Below, piece by piece: positions 1 through 13,800 of a DNA stretch of 64,000 nt (position 1 is its first letter; the number at the start of each line of letters is the position of its first letter). The position numbers and the translations under genes were made by a program. Source of the stretch: Eledone cirrhosa (Eukaryota). A model generated the notes under the pieces. It searched no databases, was not told the DNA's origin, and worked only from the letters and a program-made list of their open reading frames with translations. The stretch is taken from assembly GCA_964016885.1 (NCBI GenBank), contig OZ024742.1, positions 25,606,001 to 25,670,000 of the forward strand. Reading direction: 5' to 3'.

Positions 1-6
1 ATACAT

Positions 7-199
7 ATAGGAACCAGTAAGACCCCGACAGCTGAGCTCAAGCCGCCTCGACGGCTAATTCAGGTCCAGAATTAGCCGTCGAAACGGCTTGAGCTCTGCC
101 GTCTGGGTCTTACTGGTTCCTATTACCCACTCTACTACCTCAAGTATTGAGTACTTTGGTGCGTTATGGTCCACCTGGTTCCTTACCACATTTCCTTCG

Positions 200-202
<3 letters not shown>
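7..202. mobile_element. Fold-back PLE-type terminal fragment (family H) containing the 3' half of a hammerhead
   Basis: 54-bp arms at 7-60 and 70-123 with a 9-nt spacer, then a tail ending CTTCGTTA-(TA)n. Homologous copies at 34730-34923, 56871-56933 and 45545-45582. Confidence 0.75.
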
Positions 203-238
<36 letters not shown>

Positions 239-250
239 TATATGTATATA

Positions 251-657
251 TGGTGGCTGCCAACTCGTTTTCGAGTACGGCCACTACTTTATATCCATGT
301 AGGAGAACCCCTACCGATGCGCCAACGAGTGTGACTTTTTAGTCCAGCCAGCGACTTGAAAACTCTGGTACAAACACTACACTTGTGACAATTTTTCACA
401 CATAGTGCTGTGCCCATGGTACCATGTGACGACAAGTGCAAAGAGATCTCCAGATATAAAGCAATGCCTGTGCCGTGAAGCTTTTATAGTGAGCAAAGGC
501 ACTGCACAAAGCCAGTCCCACTCTCTTAACCAAGATGATATTTACCAAAAAGAAGAACAAGTCAACATCATTGGATACCATCAGGGTTGCAGGTGTTATA
601 TCAGTTTTCCTTTTCCTAGAATTCTGCCTTGACAAAGGCTAAGGGGTCATCTCTCCC
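251..657 (-). mobile_element. Non-autonomous RTE-like LINE derivative, copy 1
   Basis: Direct-repeat match to 61406-61804. Minus strand encodes a C2H2-like HKCSVCTRVFKSLAGLKSH and ends in a CTCG-AAAA-CGAG stem-loop followed by (TA)n. Confidence 0.6.
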
Positions 658-696
<39 letters not shown>

Positions 697-775
697 CGCA
701 CATATTGCATTTCTTATAAATATATACGCACGAATACTCATACATACACGCACACACACACACACACACACACGA

Positions 776-814
<39 letters not shown>

Positions 815-1036
815 GATACGTGTAAGATTATGTGAGGATATACGTGCATCTATAATGCAAATAACATTATATAGCATATTAATGTAACATATATGGCAAT
901 GCCATCCAGCCACCCGGACAGTTTTGCTTACCTTCACAAAATATCTATATATCTATATATATATATATATTATATAAATATATATATATATATATATACA
1001 CATGATTAGATATATGTATAAGTATAAACACAATAT

Positions 1037-1217
1037 TTGTTTCTAGTTTAGGCACAAGGCCAGCAATTATCCAGTGCATTACTGGTACTGTATTTTATCG
1101 ACCCCGTAAGGATGAAAGGCAAAGTCAACCTCGGCGGGATTTGAACTCAGATCGTAAAGGGACGTAACTATGCTGGAAAGCATGGCGTCCGAACATCTAC
1201 CGATACTGCCAATCCAC
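1037..1217 (-). mobile_element. tRNA-derived Nin-domain SINE
   Basis: Reverse complement has the B box GAGTTCAAATCC, the central GCCTTTCATCCTTACGGGGTCGATAAAA domain and an AGAAACAA end. Confidence 0.9.
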
Positions 1218-1481
1218 ACATGCATATATGTGCGTACAACTGCATATTTATCTCTTCGCTATGTGTATAAATTTATATATATATATACACATACATAGTG
1301 ATATATTTATACGCTTCATATACTTGTTTGTATAACTAGGATTGTTCCAGTCACTTCCAATCCTCTAATTCATGTTACATTGTTAAAATTCCAGTGAAAC
1401 TCAACAAAAACTAACACTCTTTACTTTCTTTCAACTATTTTTCTTTTAATTATTCGTCTAATATATATATATATATATTGA

Positions 1482-1553
<72 letters not shown>

Positions 1554-1642
1554 TAATTATTTAACTAACACCGACAGAAAGACACATGTACACAAAAACA
1601 TACATTCACACACACATACACACACAACGCACGCACACACAC

Positions 1643-1859
<217 letters not shown>

Positions 1860-2336
1860 TGTTTGTTTCAATATCTCAATTACTTTTAATATTTAATCAA
1901 AAGCAACTTCGATTATGATCTCCTCTACTGGATTAATATCACATCATTGACATTTGTGTTTCGATTTTTCTTTAAATATTCTGAGCCTAACTTCTATTTC
2001 GCGTTTACCACAATAAATAATTTCTGAAACTATTTACTTCAAATAAATTTCACTATTGTTAGAAATATTCATTTCTCTTATATTTACATTTTATTTTATT
2101 TCTGTTAATTTTATTTCTATTTAATCAATATTATTCGTTTTGTTTATTGTTTTTCCTCTATTATTCTATTACATTTTATATGGAAATAACATTCAGTCTT
2201 ATATTCTTCTGTAATTTATTTAGATTTTGTTTCAGAGAGTTTCTTATTTATATGTATTTAGTTTTATTTGAGAAGGATTAAATCTGTTAAACAGTTTATT
2301 TTATGAAATTCAATTTTATTATTGTTAAAATAATAA

Positions 2337-2401
<65 letters not shown>

Positions 2402-2934
2402 ATAATAATATTAATAATAATATTGACAGCAACCGTAATTATTATAATAATAACAGTGAGAATAATGATGAGTGTTTTTATTAACCACAATGGTTCATAT
2501 AGAAGTGCAGGATGGTACGGAACGATGCAGTAAGTGTTATATGAACAGGTATATAAAACCAAAAGATGGAATTGGGTTCAAAATTAAAATACGAAGCAAT
2601 AAAACGGAACAAAAAATATTTCTTGATGATCATCAAAACCTCGAGGGCCTCTCGTGGAAAAAATCCCAATAAAATTACGGCGAGCATGACTAAAGTAATT
2701 GGATTAGCTGTCTTTCTCCAATCTACTGGTGCATACTCAGATTATGCCCGTTCATTCGACTATGTTTGCCAACCTCAACCACCTTCTCGTAAAATTGCTG
2801 AAAGGCAGAACTACCATCTCCACCGTCAATTTCATTTTCAGTTGAAGCTTGAAACGGTCAGAGAAGAAGTCTCTGAGTGGTGCACAAGCACTTCCTTTCA
2901 TCTCAGCACGCCTTTAGTCTTAAAAAACTACTCA

Positions 2935-3152
2935 TTGCTTCTATTTTAGGCACAAGGCCAGCAATAATTTGGGGGAGGGGGAAGTCAATTAAATCGACCC
3001 CAATGCAATACTGGTGCTTTATTTTATCGACCCTGTAGTGATGCAAAGCAAAGCTAACCTCAGCGGGATTTGAACTCAGGATATAAAGGGCCATAACTCT
3101 ATACCGCGAAGCAGGGTGTCCGACGCTCTATCGATTCTGCCAATCCACCGCC
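2935..3152 (-). mobile_element. Nin-domain SINE, longer variant
   Basis: Same family, with an extra GGGGGAGGGGGAAGTCAATTAAATCGAC segment. Confidence 0.85.
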
Positions 3153-3482
3153 TAAACTTAAAAACTAACAATACACTTCCCTATTACCAAACCTGGTTAC
3201 TGTAGCACGAATACTTCCATGAAAACATTCAGAGATTCCTCAAATGTTTCTGTCGATGGCATATGGACACCGCAACATTTTGTGAAAAATGGAGGTATAT
3301 CATTTTCCTCCTCGTCCTTTTTCATGGACAGATTTCATAGAGTGGAATGTTTTGTAACGTTATTCTTTGAAGTCTTGTCAATTTACTGATGTCTATACAT
3401 CATTTTTGCTTGTAATACTAAACCAAAAATCATATTTTCAATACTTGGCTGGTTTATAAGTTTACTGTTTCCGCCTTAGTGA

Positions 3483-3590
3483 AGGCGAGTGGCTTAGTGG
3501 CTAGAGAATTGGATTTGCAATTGTGAGGTTGTGAGTTCGATTCCCGGACCGGGTGATGCGTTGTGTCCTTGATCAAGACAATTTATATCA
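3483..3590 (+). mobile_element. tRNA-headed CORE-like SINE fragment
   Basis: A box TGGCTTAGTGG and B box GAGTTCGATTCC, followed by GTTGTGTCCTTGATCAAGACA. Confidence 0.65.
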
Positions 3591-4004
3591 CATTCCTATT
3601 TCTTCCAGAAGGTATGACCGGTAGATAGTATAAGCAATGGAAAGTCCAGTGGAAACATTATTTCATTAGTCTAATTTGACGAGTTCCATCCGACTCCGTA
3701 AGGGAATTAAGCCTGGAATCTTGTCGATCGTTAAAGAGGTCTTCGCCTATTAAATTGCAAATGTCTGTCTTCATAAATATAAATGTTATTCATTGACATT
3801 TGTTTCTAGTTAGCATTTAAAAAAAATCTGTTAACGCATGGTCGAACATGTTGGGGGCGTATTAACCGTTATCAACTTTGAAATTAGTATTTTTCTACTG
3901 ACATATTATATTAAGCAACTTGTTCGATCAATGGGACGCTTTGCTCTTGAAATTATCGTGTAATGCCTGAGCATTCCACAGAATCCCTGTATCCTCAAAA
4001 GGAG

Positions 4005-4137
4005 TCAGCGTTACCTAGTGTGCGAAATGACTTGCCTCTTAAATTACAGGTACAATTCAGCCGGCTGTAATTCTTAAAATAATTCAGCGTTACGTAGTGT
4101 ACGAAATGACTTGCCTCTTAAATTATAGGTACAATTC
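4005..4137. repeat. Local tandem duplication, ~80-bp period
   Basis: TCAGCGTTAC..GAAATGACTTGCCTCTTAAATTA.AGGTACAATTC occurs twice. Confidence 0.85.
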
Positions 4138-4791
4138 CCCTGACTGGCATCCGAACAGTCTCCTTCTACCCAATCCACTCAAAAAACACGTTTGGGCTCG
4201 ACTCTATGGTTAATGATACATGTGCATGAAATCGAACGCAGAAGCCACAGATTGCGAAGCAAACCTCTTAGTGCCATGCTGCGTCCACAGGTAGTCATAA
4301 TAGACACAAAATAAATACAACGAAATGGATATTTGCAAATATTTGTATAGAATAAAAAACTATCGTGGGACTAAACGTCTATTTTACCCTTGGGAAATAT
4401 ATTAGATGTTGTTAAATAGAACAAAAACCGTCTGTTTTTTTTAAATTTTAAATTATAAGCCTGGAAGAGAATATCTATGGGCTCAGTGAAAACACTTGTG
4501 TCTACTGCTAGCAACGACAACGTATAATAACGACAAAACAACAGCAAAAGGAATAGTAATAATATAAAAGATTATAATAACAACAGCACCAACAGTATAG
4601 TCTGGTTGGTTTCTTCGGAAATATTTCTCTTTTATTTTATGTTTATTCTTATTGAACGTATATTGTGTTGGTGTTTATATCTTTTTATTTATCAATCTGA
4701 TTCCTCAACTATTTCTGCGACAAACGAAACCAAACCAACTGAAATAAAGAAATATACGTGGGCATGCATATATATACATATATGAATATAA

Positions 4792-4889
<98 letters not shown>

Positions 4890-4912
4890 GAATATAAATA
4901 TATATATATTTA

Positions 4913-4983
<71 letters not shown>

Positions 4984-5010
4984 GTATTATGTATATATAT
5001 ATATATGTAT

Positions 5011-5062
<52 letters not shown>

Positions 5063-5071
5063 TATATATAT

Positions 5072-5138
<67 letters not shown>

Positions 5139-6504
5139 GTGTGTGTGCGTGAAAGAGACTGTGTACTCGTCTGTCTGCTTGCGTGTATATAGGCATGTAT
5201 ATATTCATGTTATGTGTGAACAATAAAAAGTACATAATAAGCAAGATTGACAGAATGAGAGAAAGTAAAGTAAAAAGTGATTTGTAAGAGAAAGACAAAT
5301 ATACATAAAAGTGATTGTTATCATGATTGCTAGTACTAACGGCCATTGAATAGTTGTTTCTGTGGTTTGTCGTATGCAATGTTACGCTTATTGATGAGAC
5401 ATCACATAGATCAAATAATGACTGTGAAATTAGAACATCATCGAACAAACATAGGCTGGAGAACGAATCAGGTTGCTAACATATTTGTGAAAAAGTAGCT
5501 TTATCGTAAATAATTTACATTCGGACCTCTAAAAGGGACCCAGAATGAAGCGTTTCTAATAACATGCTGTTCTTGTCAAATCAGAGAGATGTGTAATACA
5601 AGAGTTCTTATAATAAAGCAAAATGTTATTTTTATAGAATTTAATGATGAATATTGATAGAAACTAAGGGGATTCCTTAACTGTGAGATGTAAAATGCAG
5701 TAACATTTCCGGTATTTTTGAAAGCCAGCATAATGGCGTATGGCTTTAATAGTTAACTTCGCTAAATTCGATTATTATTTGCAGAATTAAATTAGATACA
5801 TCTCAAAATGTCACCAAAATCTAATTTTAAATTGAAGATAATCACTATATAGATGACCAATGCCACATAATTTCAGGGCAAATCCTTCTTATTTAATTAC
5901 GAACTCATTCAATATAAAAGCAAGTTAGAATTATTTAATAATTTTCCTTTTCTTCGGAGATGAACAAAAGAGAGTAGGAAAGAAAAAAGAAAAGAATGAA
6001 GAAGTGAAAATAAAATTAGAGTTTGGAAGCGTATGGACTTTTTGAAGTTAGATTGAGCTGATTGTATATATTGGCAGCCGTGAAAGTGTCTATAAGAACA
6101 CCACATCACAGGGCAGAGCTGACAACATATATACCCAAGACAGACACATATGATCTCTCATTCTATACTGGAGATGCATGGTAAATTGAGAAGACATTCA
6201 TTACTGTATTGGAAATATAGAACTGAATAATATGTACTTACAAATATTGATTGTGGTTGTTGTTTAGTATAATATCAACTCTGGTATAACAGAACCATTA
6301 CCAAAGGTTTTCCAGTCGTAAACACGCCTTAATATTTTCACATACTTTAGCTGTCTCTACATTATTCAATATGTCCTTCATTATAGAAATATAAAGCGGT
6401 GATTTTCTAGAAATTTGACTGCTATTTATTGCAGATTTGGTTACCGATTTATCTCGTACAAATATATTTTTTATTGTTGTTTTTAAGCTTCTAGTTACTC
6501 ATGG

Positions 6505-6640
6505 AAGCAAATTGGCAGATTCATTAGAACGTCGGATAGAATGATTTTTTTGTAGTAGTTTCGACTCTCTGCTTTCTGAGTTCAAATCCCACTGAGGTCA
6601 ACTTTGATTTACATCCAATCCCGCTCCAATACTGTGGTCG
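6505..6640 (+). mobile_element. Degenerate Nin-domain SINE
   Basis: CTGAGTTCAAATCCCACTGAGGTCAACTTTG is recognisable. Confidence 0.6.
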
Positions 6641-7449
6641 ATGTTTCTTCTATATTTCTTTCTCATCCCCCCCCTCTCTCTCTACCCTTCCCTGGAAATC
6701 TGATTGTATTCAGGCTTTGAGAAGGGATGAGCACCTCTAGGTTTTAATATTCTTCGGAACTGCCGTCGGTCTCAGGAGATACCAGACCATACATAGTTCC
6801 TCAGGAATAAGCAGACCTATGGTGAAAGGAGTTCCAGTTATGACCATCCTAATGATTCCTCGGGAATTATGTCTATGATTGCATATTCTAAGAGAGTAGA
6901 GATTGAAATTGAGGGAATTTGGGTGGAATGTTTTTTGAAAGAGAAGAAACACAGACCACTACATTAAACTAGCTCCTATATATACTGCTGCAGTATATTG
7001 TTGTATCTCCATCAAAATAACAAAGTTATTTACTTTCAACGTAAACGTTTTTACGTTGTCTTTAGAGTATGACCAAATATAGGTTTTATGTATGACCACC
7101 ACTATCACCTTACTTGTGATGTTTGATACAAAATGAAGAGCTACAGAAGGAGTAGCCACCCCTTCAACACTATTAAGAAAGAAATCGCTTAAAGATAGTA
7201 AATTAATTTGAAGGTTTCGAGCAATTTCCTCTATTAAATACATATTGATTCTTCACAAAATATGTCCCCTGGTTGAGGATGGCGGGAACAAGTAACGAGG
7301 TGAACATGTCTGTATTTCAAAGCTAATAAATATAGCAATCGAAACTGTTAGCAGTTATTTCTACATTTTTAAAGAATATATATATATATATATATATTAC
7401 ACGGTTAATTACAGGGTTTCAGTATGAGTTATTAACTCTAACTTTCATT

Positions 7450-7548
<99 letters not shown>

Positions 7549-7659
7549 GAGTTAAACAAGATTCAATGAGTATATCAAAGAATGAGTTTTACAGTAGATT
7601 GGAAGCACTCTATGGAAAATAATTTTCCAGAGTTATTAATATTAAAATAGAAATATTAA

Positions 7660-7925
7660 TAAAACTACCTTGATTAAATCTTAACCATTTAACATCTCAG
7701 GGTATGTCATGTATCATTATATTTATCCTGCCGTGGTTGACTTTGCCTTTCATCCTTACGGGGTCGATAAAATAAAGTACCAGTAATACACTGGGTAATT
7801 GCTGGCCTTGTGCCTAAAGTAGAAACAATTATATTTTGTCTGATGAGGACGTACTGTTGTACTTCCGAAATATGTAAAATAAAATGTAATTGGTCAAAAG
7901 AACATCTATTTTATTAATATTTGTA

Positions 7926-7932
<7 letters not shown>
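7660..7932 (+). mobile_element. HHR-bearing PLE-terminal element (family B), interrupted by a SINE
   Basis: Homologous to 34551-34718 (minus). CTGATGA at 7840-7846, stem II GGAcGTAC/GTACtTCC, GAAA at 7867-7870; ends in (TA)n. Cleavage site looks mutated. Confidence 0.7.
7725..7827 (+). mobile_element. 5'-truncated Nin-domain SINE with TSD
   Basis: ATTATATTT flanks at 7716-7724 and 7828-7836. Confidence 0.9.
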
Positions 7933-7997
<65 letters not shown>

Positions 7998-8080
7998 TAT
8001 ATCCCGGGTTCAATCGGGGATAACCACAGTAAGTAAGGTACTCAATGCGAAGCAGAGAATAAATATTTAATATAGAAATT

Positions 8081-8129
8081 GCTTCTACAGGACTAGAACT
8101 GTTTCATTCGGGAGAAATCATCAGGAAGC
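8081..8129 (-). ncRNA. Type I hammerhead ribozyme (family C)
   Basis: gcttc CTGATGA t-ttc-tccc-gaa-t GAAA cag-ttctagtc-ctg TA gaagc. The inverted partner at 8386-8434 has a mutated core (CTCATGA). Fold-back arms ~8069-8162 and ~8353-8447. Confidence 0.75.
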
Positions 8130-8440
8130 CGACTGTCCAAGTAATATGGTGGTATTTATATCTTCTCTGGTGGTAGGAGAGGGTGGTGATTGGGATGGGT
8201 GGAGGTCATTGGTTGATGGATTAAAAAGAAAAGGGAATTCTTTAAAAACTCTATTTAGTATAACAAAGGCAGAAAGAATTCTATAGACCGGTTCATTCTG
8301 GGGGTGCCACTCCTGATTTCTAAGATTCACTTAAGCTAACAATGCCTTTGTTGATATAAATACCACCATATTTCTTGGACAGTCGGCTTCCTCATGATTT
8401 CTCCCGAATGAAACAGTTCTAGTCCTGTTAACGCCATTTC

Positions 8441-8479
<39 letters not shown>

Positions 8480-8616
8480 AAAAATAGAGTGCTGCGTGGT
8501 TGCACATGTGTTACATATGAATAAAATTAGTCCTTCATCAGTGATCTTCCAACCTTCATTGGTATTTCATCGCCTTAAAAATCACATATAAATATATATA
8601 TACTGTATATATATAT

Positions 8617-8753
8617 ATGAATGTATATATAGTGTATTTTGCAATACACTGTATGCTTAATTAAAAGCATTTTGAAAACCTTACTCTAGAGTCTTCAAAA
8701 TGCTTTTAATTAAGCATACAGTGTATTGCAAAATACACTGTATATACATTCAT
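8617..8753. repeat. Near-perfect palindrome, ~60-bp arms
   Basis: ATGAATGTATAT...AGCATTTTGAA / TTCAAAATGCT...ATACATTCAT, lying between TA-rich tracts. Confidence 0.9.
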
Positions 8754-8782
8754 TTATATATCGTTATTTCAGAGCACCAATT

Positions 8783-8915
<133 letters not shown>

Positions 8916-9012
8916 TTGGCTTCCTGTGGTTGGAGATCCCGCCACTGTCGACCAGGTATCGAAACTATACTTCGGAACATACATATTAAATACATTTCTT
9001 TCTACTACCATT

Positions 9013-9068
9013 TGATTTATTTTATCAAAACCTTTTATATTCATAAAAGGTTTTGATAAAATAAATCA
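9013..9068. repeat. Perfect hairpin, 26-bp arms, 4-nt loop
   Basis: TGATTTATTTTATCAAAACCTTTTAT-ATTC-ATAAAAGGTTTTGATAAAATAAATCA. Confidence 0.9.
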
Positions 9069-10038
9069 TTCATAAACCGATAAAAGACATTCCTACAGTT
9101 TCTCCTTCATTTCTTTTTTTTTACCTTCAACCTTTTTCTCTGTTTACTCATTCTGTTACTTTTTCTTTCGTTTTTCTTTCATTCTCTTTATATTATTTAT
9201 TTATTTTATCTCTGGTTTTTCTTTATTTCGTTTCCTCAATACCTTTGTCTTTCAATTTCCTCTTTCGATCGTATGTTCATTCCTTCCTTCATTTTTCTTT
9301 ACTTTATCTCACTTTCTATATTTATTTAGTTTCAACTTGTATATTTTTTTATTTTCCATTTCTTTATTTATATCCACATTTTCTTTCTGCATATCCTCCT
9401 ACTCCACCGCCCCTCCAGTATTCTCTTTCTTTCTCTCTCCTCCTTTCTCCGGTTATGTGAGCAGCATCTGATATTTATGTAGATGCGATGGAATTGCTGA
9501 TATCTCACAGATGCCTCAATCAGTTAATTAGTTTGGCATATCTATACTATTGCACGGTGAAATATAAAGCGAGAAAAATTATCTCTTGGGGAAGAAACTC
9601 CATTGCTTCTTTGACCTTAGTTTTCAATTAGTATTCGAAATATTGGCTTCATGCTTGGAATACGTCTGGAAGATTTTCACTACTCTTTTGTAACAAGCTA
9701 GATTATGGCTTCAAACATATATTGCATTTACTCAATTGAAACAATATACCATCTCAGATAATATTGTCTTGCTACTTAGATATTCTAAAAATTACGAAAA
9801 TATCAGACACTAATGTTCCTAGTCTATAGAAAGTTGATTCCCAAACGGTGAATCCGTAGCAATTCACCATTAATTTGGCTCGTGTTTTCAATACAAATTT
9901 GCTCTGTTAGTAATCGGAGAATGAGCGGATTGTTGCCGCAGAATACATTTATTATAGTGGACTCCTGAAGGTTATTTTAGCAAATTGCTGTGGACTTCTT
10001 GAATGGCAGATTATTAAACGAATTTCTTATATTTCAAA

Positions 10039-10091
10039 TTTAAACCTGAAGATACTGCAAAGATCATATGAAATGAGTCTCTTAGTTTGAA
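10039..10091 (+). ncRNA. Degenerate hammerhead candidate
   Basis: tttaaac CTGAAGA ... GAAA tgagtctct TA gtttgaa; 7-bp stem I, poor stem II. Confidence 0.4.
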
Positions 10092-10841
10092 TACAGAGTT
10101 AAGACACAAACGTATGTTTATAAGCACACATAAATGTGTATGTACTTATAGTGCTTATACATACATGTATACACTCACACACATTCTTCTCTCTATATAA
10201 ATGTGTGTGTGTACTCGGATATATACATAAACAATACTAACCAATCTTCCGGGATCTGAATATGTAGTATAATTGGTTAAATCTTCTGTTAAACTAATAT
10301 TATTCAATCTATAATTTTTTTTTCTTTTTATAGAATTCGTTGCAAACACACCAAATATCAAACTAACACTTACCTGTGAGAACCTCGTTCCGGATGTCTT
10401 ATATTTCAGGCTGCTCATCCATCTTCAGTGATGTTTACTCACTCGGTATTAGGGCAAGATAGCCTATTAGCTTGTAGTTCATATAGTGTTTGTAAATGAT
10501 ACATCTGTGGCAATGCTCATCTGCATATAGTGCGAGCTTGACAGGCTGGCGTTAATTAGTTGTCACTCTGATTCTAGTACACAACTCAGAATACCCAAAG
10601 CGGGACATATGTTTAATAATTATGTATAAACAAATTCCGCATCCTTGCATATACGACGCCATCCTGAATGACACAGTGCTAATATATATATATATATATA
10701 TATATAAGCAAAAGGGATATTTAATTTGTTGGTAATTCAACAAATATATATATTTATAACTGATTCGAAGCACTCGACAGGCTTCTGGAGTATAATATCA
10801 ATGATATTAATAAATGGAAACTATATTTATAAAACCATATT

Positions 10842-10902
10842 TATTCTATTATATATATTTCAAGGGTACCAAAATGTTGGTACGCTCTCATCAGATGAAA
10901 TA
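10842..10902 (-). ncRNA. Minimal type I hammerhead (family A), in element ~10705-10960
   Basis: tatttcat CTGATGA gagcgtacca-acattt-tggtaccctt GAAA tatata TA atagaata; palindromic stem III. Confidence 0.8.
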
Positions 10903-11418
10903 CAAAGTTTGTTTTATAAATATTGACATATCCAGGAAGGAGATCTTAACGGTTCAAGTTTTTCCTGGAAAGTTTATCCACATGCTAGCAGAAAAACCAC
11001 CCTACGGGTGGTGTTCTACTAGCATGTGTTCCGTTTATATTGATATTATACAAAAATATATATGCATGTAGATATGATACATCAAATAAAATCGTAATTG
11101 ACAATATACACAGAAATTGAACGTAGTCTGTGTTACACTGACTTCTGTAATCAGTAAAGTAATCAATGATATATTTAAAAAGAGACGATATTATATAAAA
11201 ACTGAATTACGAGAAAATTAGTGACGGAAATATATGCGATATTTTTATAAGTTTCATAATATAACGGCCGCTAACCGGAAGTGTTGACATTTGAAAATGT
11301 TAAAGAAGTGAATTTTAAAGATCTTTAAATAAGATATAAAATATATTTAATCAACAGCCACGAAATTTAGCACATAACTTATGTAATATTCATTCGTTAT
11401 TCATTCAAAGTAATCCAA

Positions 11419-12392
11419 CTGTTGCAATGCATTCACTCACTGCGCTCAGCAGCTCGGTCCTACTGGTCAACAGCGTTACTAGATTAAAACATTTTTCATC
11501 TGTCTAAGGAAGGTGTTTCCTCTGCACAACACTATCCAACCGATCAATTCATGCTCAAATTACCCTTAGAGCGGTGTAGTGCCGTTCAAGTGGGTGGATG
11601 TTGTCACACCTGACGTAGAGGTATAAATGGGTATTCTCCCTGCGAAGGGTTCCGGAGGGATGTCGTTGTTTGTGTTATAATAGATCAGTTAGTGTTGGGT
11701 ATGTAGTATAGGGTGTGTCTCTGGTGTTTGATGCTAGATGTGGTGTTAGGTTCCAGTCCGACATTGCTATATATTGGGCTTAAAGTTTTGGAAGGAATGT
11801 CTGAAGCGGTGCTGGCAAGTTGCAAACACCTCAAATTATTTGTTAAGTAGGTTACGGTTGGAGAAGATAATATTGTGTGTCTCTAGTATACAGAGGTTAC
11901 AAAATTTATTAGGTGGTTTGTACGAGGTCGCGCTGCCTATCACTTCCCATTTGAGTGTGTATGGTTTATTTTTAGATTTTAGATAGTGTATGTAGCTAGA
12001 AAGTGAGGTGGAGTTTGCTAGGCTGTGCTTTTTGAACGAGTGGATGTGCGAATTATATCTGATTTTGAAGCAGTTAGAAGTGGAGCCTACATAGGTTTCT
12101 GAAGAGTTGCTAGTTGTGACGGTGCATGAGTATATGATATCCTTGGTTAGGCATTTTTTATCTAAAGGGCAGGTTCTATTAGCTCTACAGTTACAATTAT
12201 CCTGTGCGTTAGTCCGCTGGTTATAATGCAGTGCGGAGGTCTGTGTGGTAATTTGAGCATGAATTGATCGGTTGGATAGTGTTGTGCAGAGGAAATACCT
12301 TCCTTAGACAGATGAAAAATGTTTTAATCTAGTAACGCTGTTGACCAGTAGGACCGAGCTGCTGAGCGCAGTGAGTGAATGCATTGCAACAG
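11419..12392. repeat. 146-bp inverted repeat (11419-11564 / 12247-12392) enclosing a PLE endonuclease fragment
   Basis: Arms match with one mismatch seen by eye. Confidence 0.9.
11767..12200 (-). pseudogene. Penelope-like element GIY-YIG endonuclease remnant
   Basis: Manual translation: NCNCRANRTCPLDKKCLTKDIIYSCTV...TYVGSTSNCFKIRYNSH...LKWEV...FCNLCILE..LLNK*FEVFATCQH. One in-frame stop; homologous to 55511-55945. Confidence 0.85.
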
Positions 12393-13480
12393 CCGTGCGG
12401 GTTGTACATATATGGATGATCTGACGGTCAGAGATGGGTCGCAAGGACTGCTGATTGACCTCTGGCCGCCCTGGGGATGATTATCTCTCGACATCCAATG
12501 TAGCAAGCGATGACCCTGATCTTACCAGAGATCATTGGGTCCTGAAGCAATCCTGCAATCACCGCGCCTGGTCCTATGGGTAGACTACGACCACAGAGAT
12601 CATTATTTAGATTCCTCGCTCATCATCTATAATTTCCATTTGTGGCACCTTACGATGGGTTAATCCACCATAATAACATGATCACCTTCAGCATAACATA
12701 ATTAAACTACTCTATAGTTAGTACACTTTATGCTTTAAAAATTTCTCTTGGAGGATGCGCATCACCATAGAAATTAGGGTCTATATTGTGACACATTTTA
12801 ATAGCTAGGTATAGAAACCCAGAGTTACCTCCCCGCATGCATTAACTCCCCTTAGCCACACACACACTTCCGGCCGGTATTCAATGGCGTTTCTCGAAAC
12901 GTAACAGCCTCCTGTATTGAACTAAAGAACACCAGACTACGATCTCTAACTGGATTGCCGTAGATTATGTGAAGGGCATATAATCGATAAATACACTCCC
13001 CTGACCATGAAAATGCCGAAGTACATGAAATACTTGACTTCCCTGCGCTGTGCATCTCCAATACTTTTAACACTTTTAATGCTTGCACTATTTTTAATCC
13101 TTATAATATTTCTCCACACACAGACTATATCAATCATATAAAGAATTTGCCACCAGATCTACCAACCTAACACTCTAGTTTACCTACCTAAGTGCCTCTA
13201 CCACACATATCTCTCTGCCACACTATATAAACAAGACGCACATGCGTGCCACACATATAACATTTGCACAATATAACCGCTTATCTTTATGTTGTATTTT
13301 AACCTGTATTTTGATTTTTGATTGTACCTCTTAATATAAATGTAATCTCGAAGTGTGTACTGCCACTCTAAATTCTGTAATGAATGTTCAATGTTTGAAT
13401 ATGTATCAATGTTTGAATACGTATCGGTATGTCTCTCGGCTGAAAAGGAGGTCATATAACTGTCCATGCATTAATAAATT

Positions 13481-13525
13481 GCTCCGAAGAATCCAAACCT
13501 CGGTTTGCAGGAAACAGCTGTAAGT
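13481..13525 (+). ncRNA. Degenerate minimal hammerhead
   Basis: gct CCGAAGA atccaaac-ctcg-gtttgcag GAAA cagctg TA agt; palindromic stem III. Confidence 0.5.
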
Positions 13526-13595
13526 ACAATAATGTTTTGAACAGTTCTTTGATTTTTATATCTCATATATATAATTATATATATATAACAGATTT

Positions 13596-13800
13596 CTGGA
13601 GTACAATATCAATGATATTAATAAATGGAAACTATATTTAAAACAATAGTTATTCTATTATATATATTTGAAGGGTACCAAAACTTTGGTACCGTTTGGA
13701 ACCTGAACTGTTAATGTCTCATTCCTGGGTATATCACTATTTATAAAACAAACTTTGTATTTAATCTGATGAGAGTGTACCAAAGTTTAATATCATTGAT
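13596..13800. mobile_element. Rearranged family A fragments (minus then plus orientation)
   Basis: 13596-13693 matches 10785-10883 directly; 13699-13786 is the reverse complement of 10874-10960 and carries a truncated CTGATGA stem. Confidence 0.8.

Noticed and set aside
2566-2949. 127-aa ORF as a host gene
   Set aside because: No recognisable domain or splice context; it runs into a SINE and may be decayed transposon sequence.
3483-3560. tRNA gene (likewise 41362-41430 and the SINE heads)
   Set aside because: A and B boxes are present but the cloverleaf stems do not pair; these are SINE-type heads.
8525-8550. Minus-strand CTGATGAAGGAC
   Set aside because: No downstream stem II partner or GAAA.
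10370-10435. Minus-strand CTGAAGA-ggatg...catcc-GGAA motif
   Set aside because: GAAA is mutated and stems I and III are unsupported; at best a decayed remnant.
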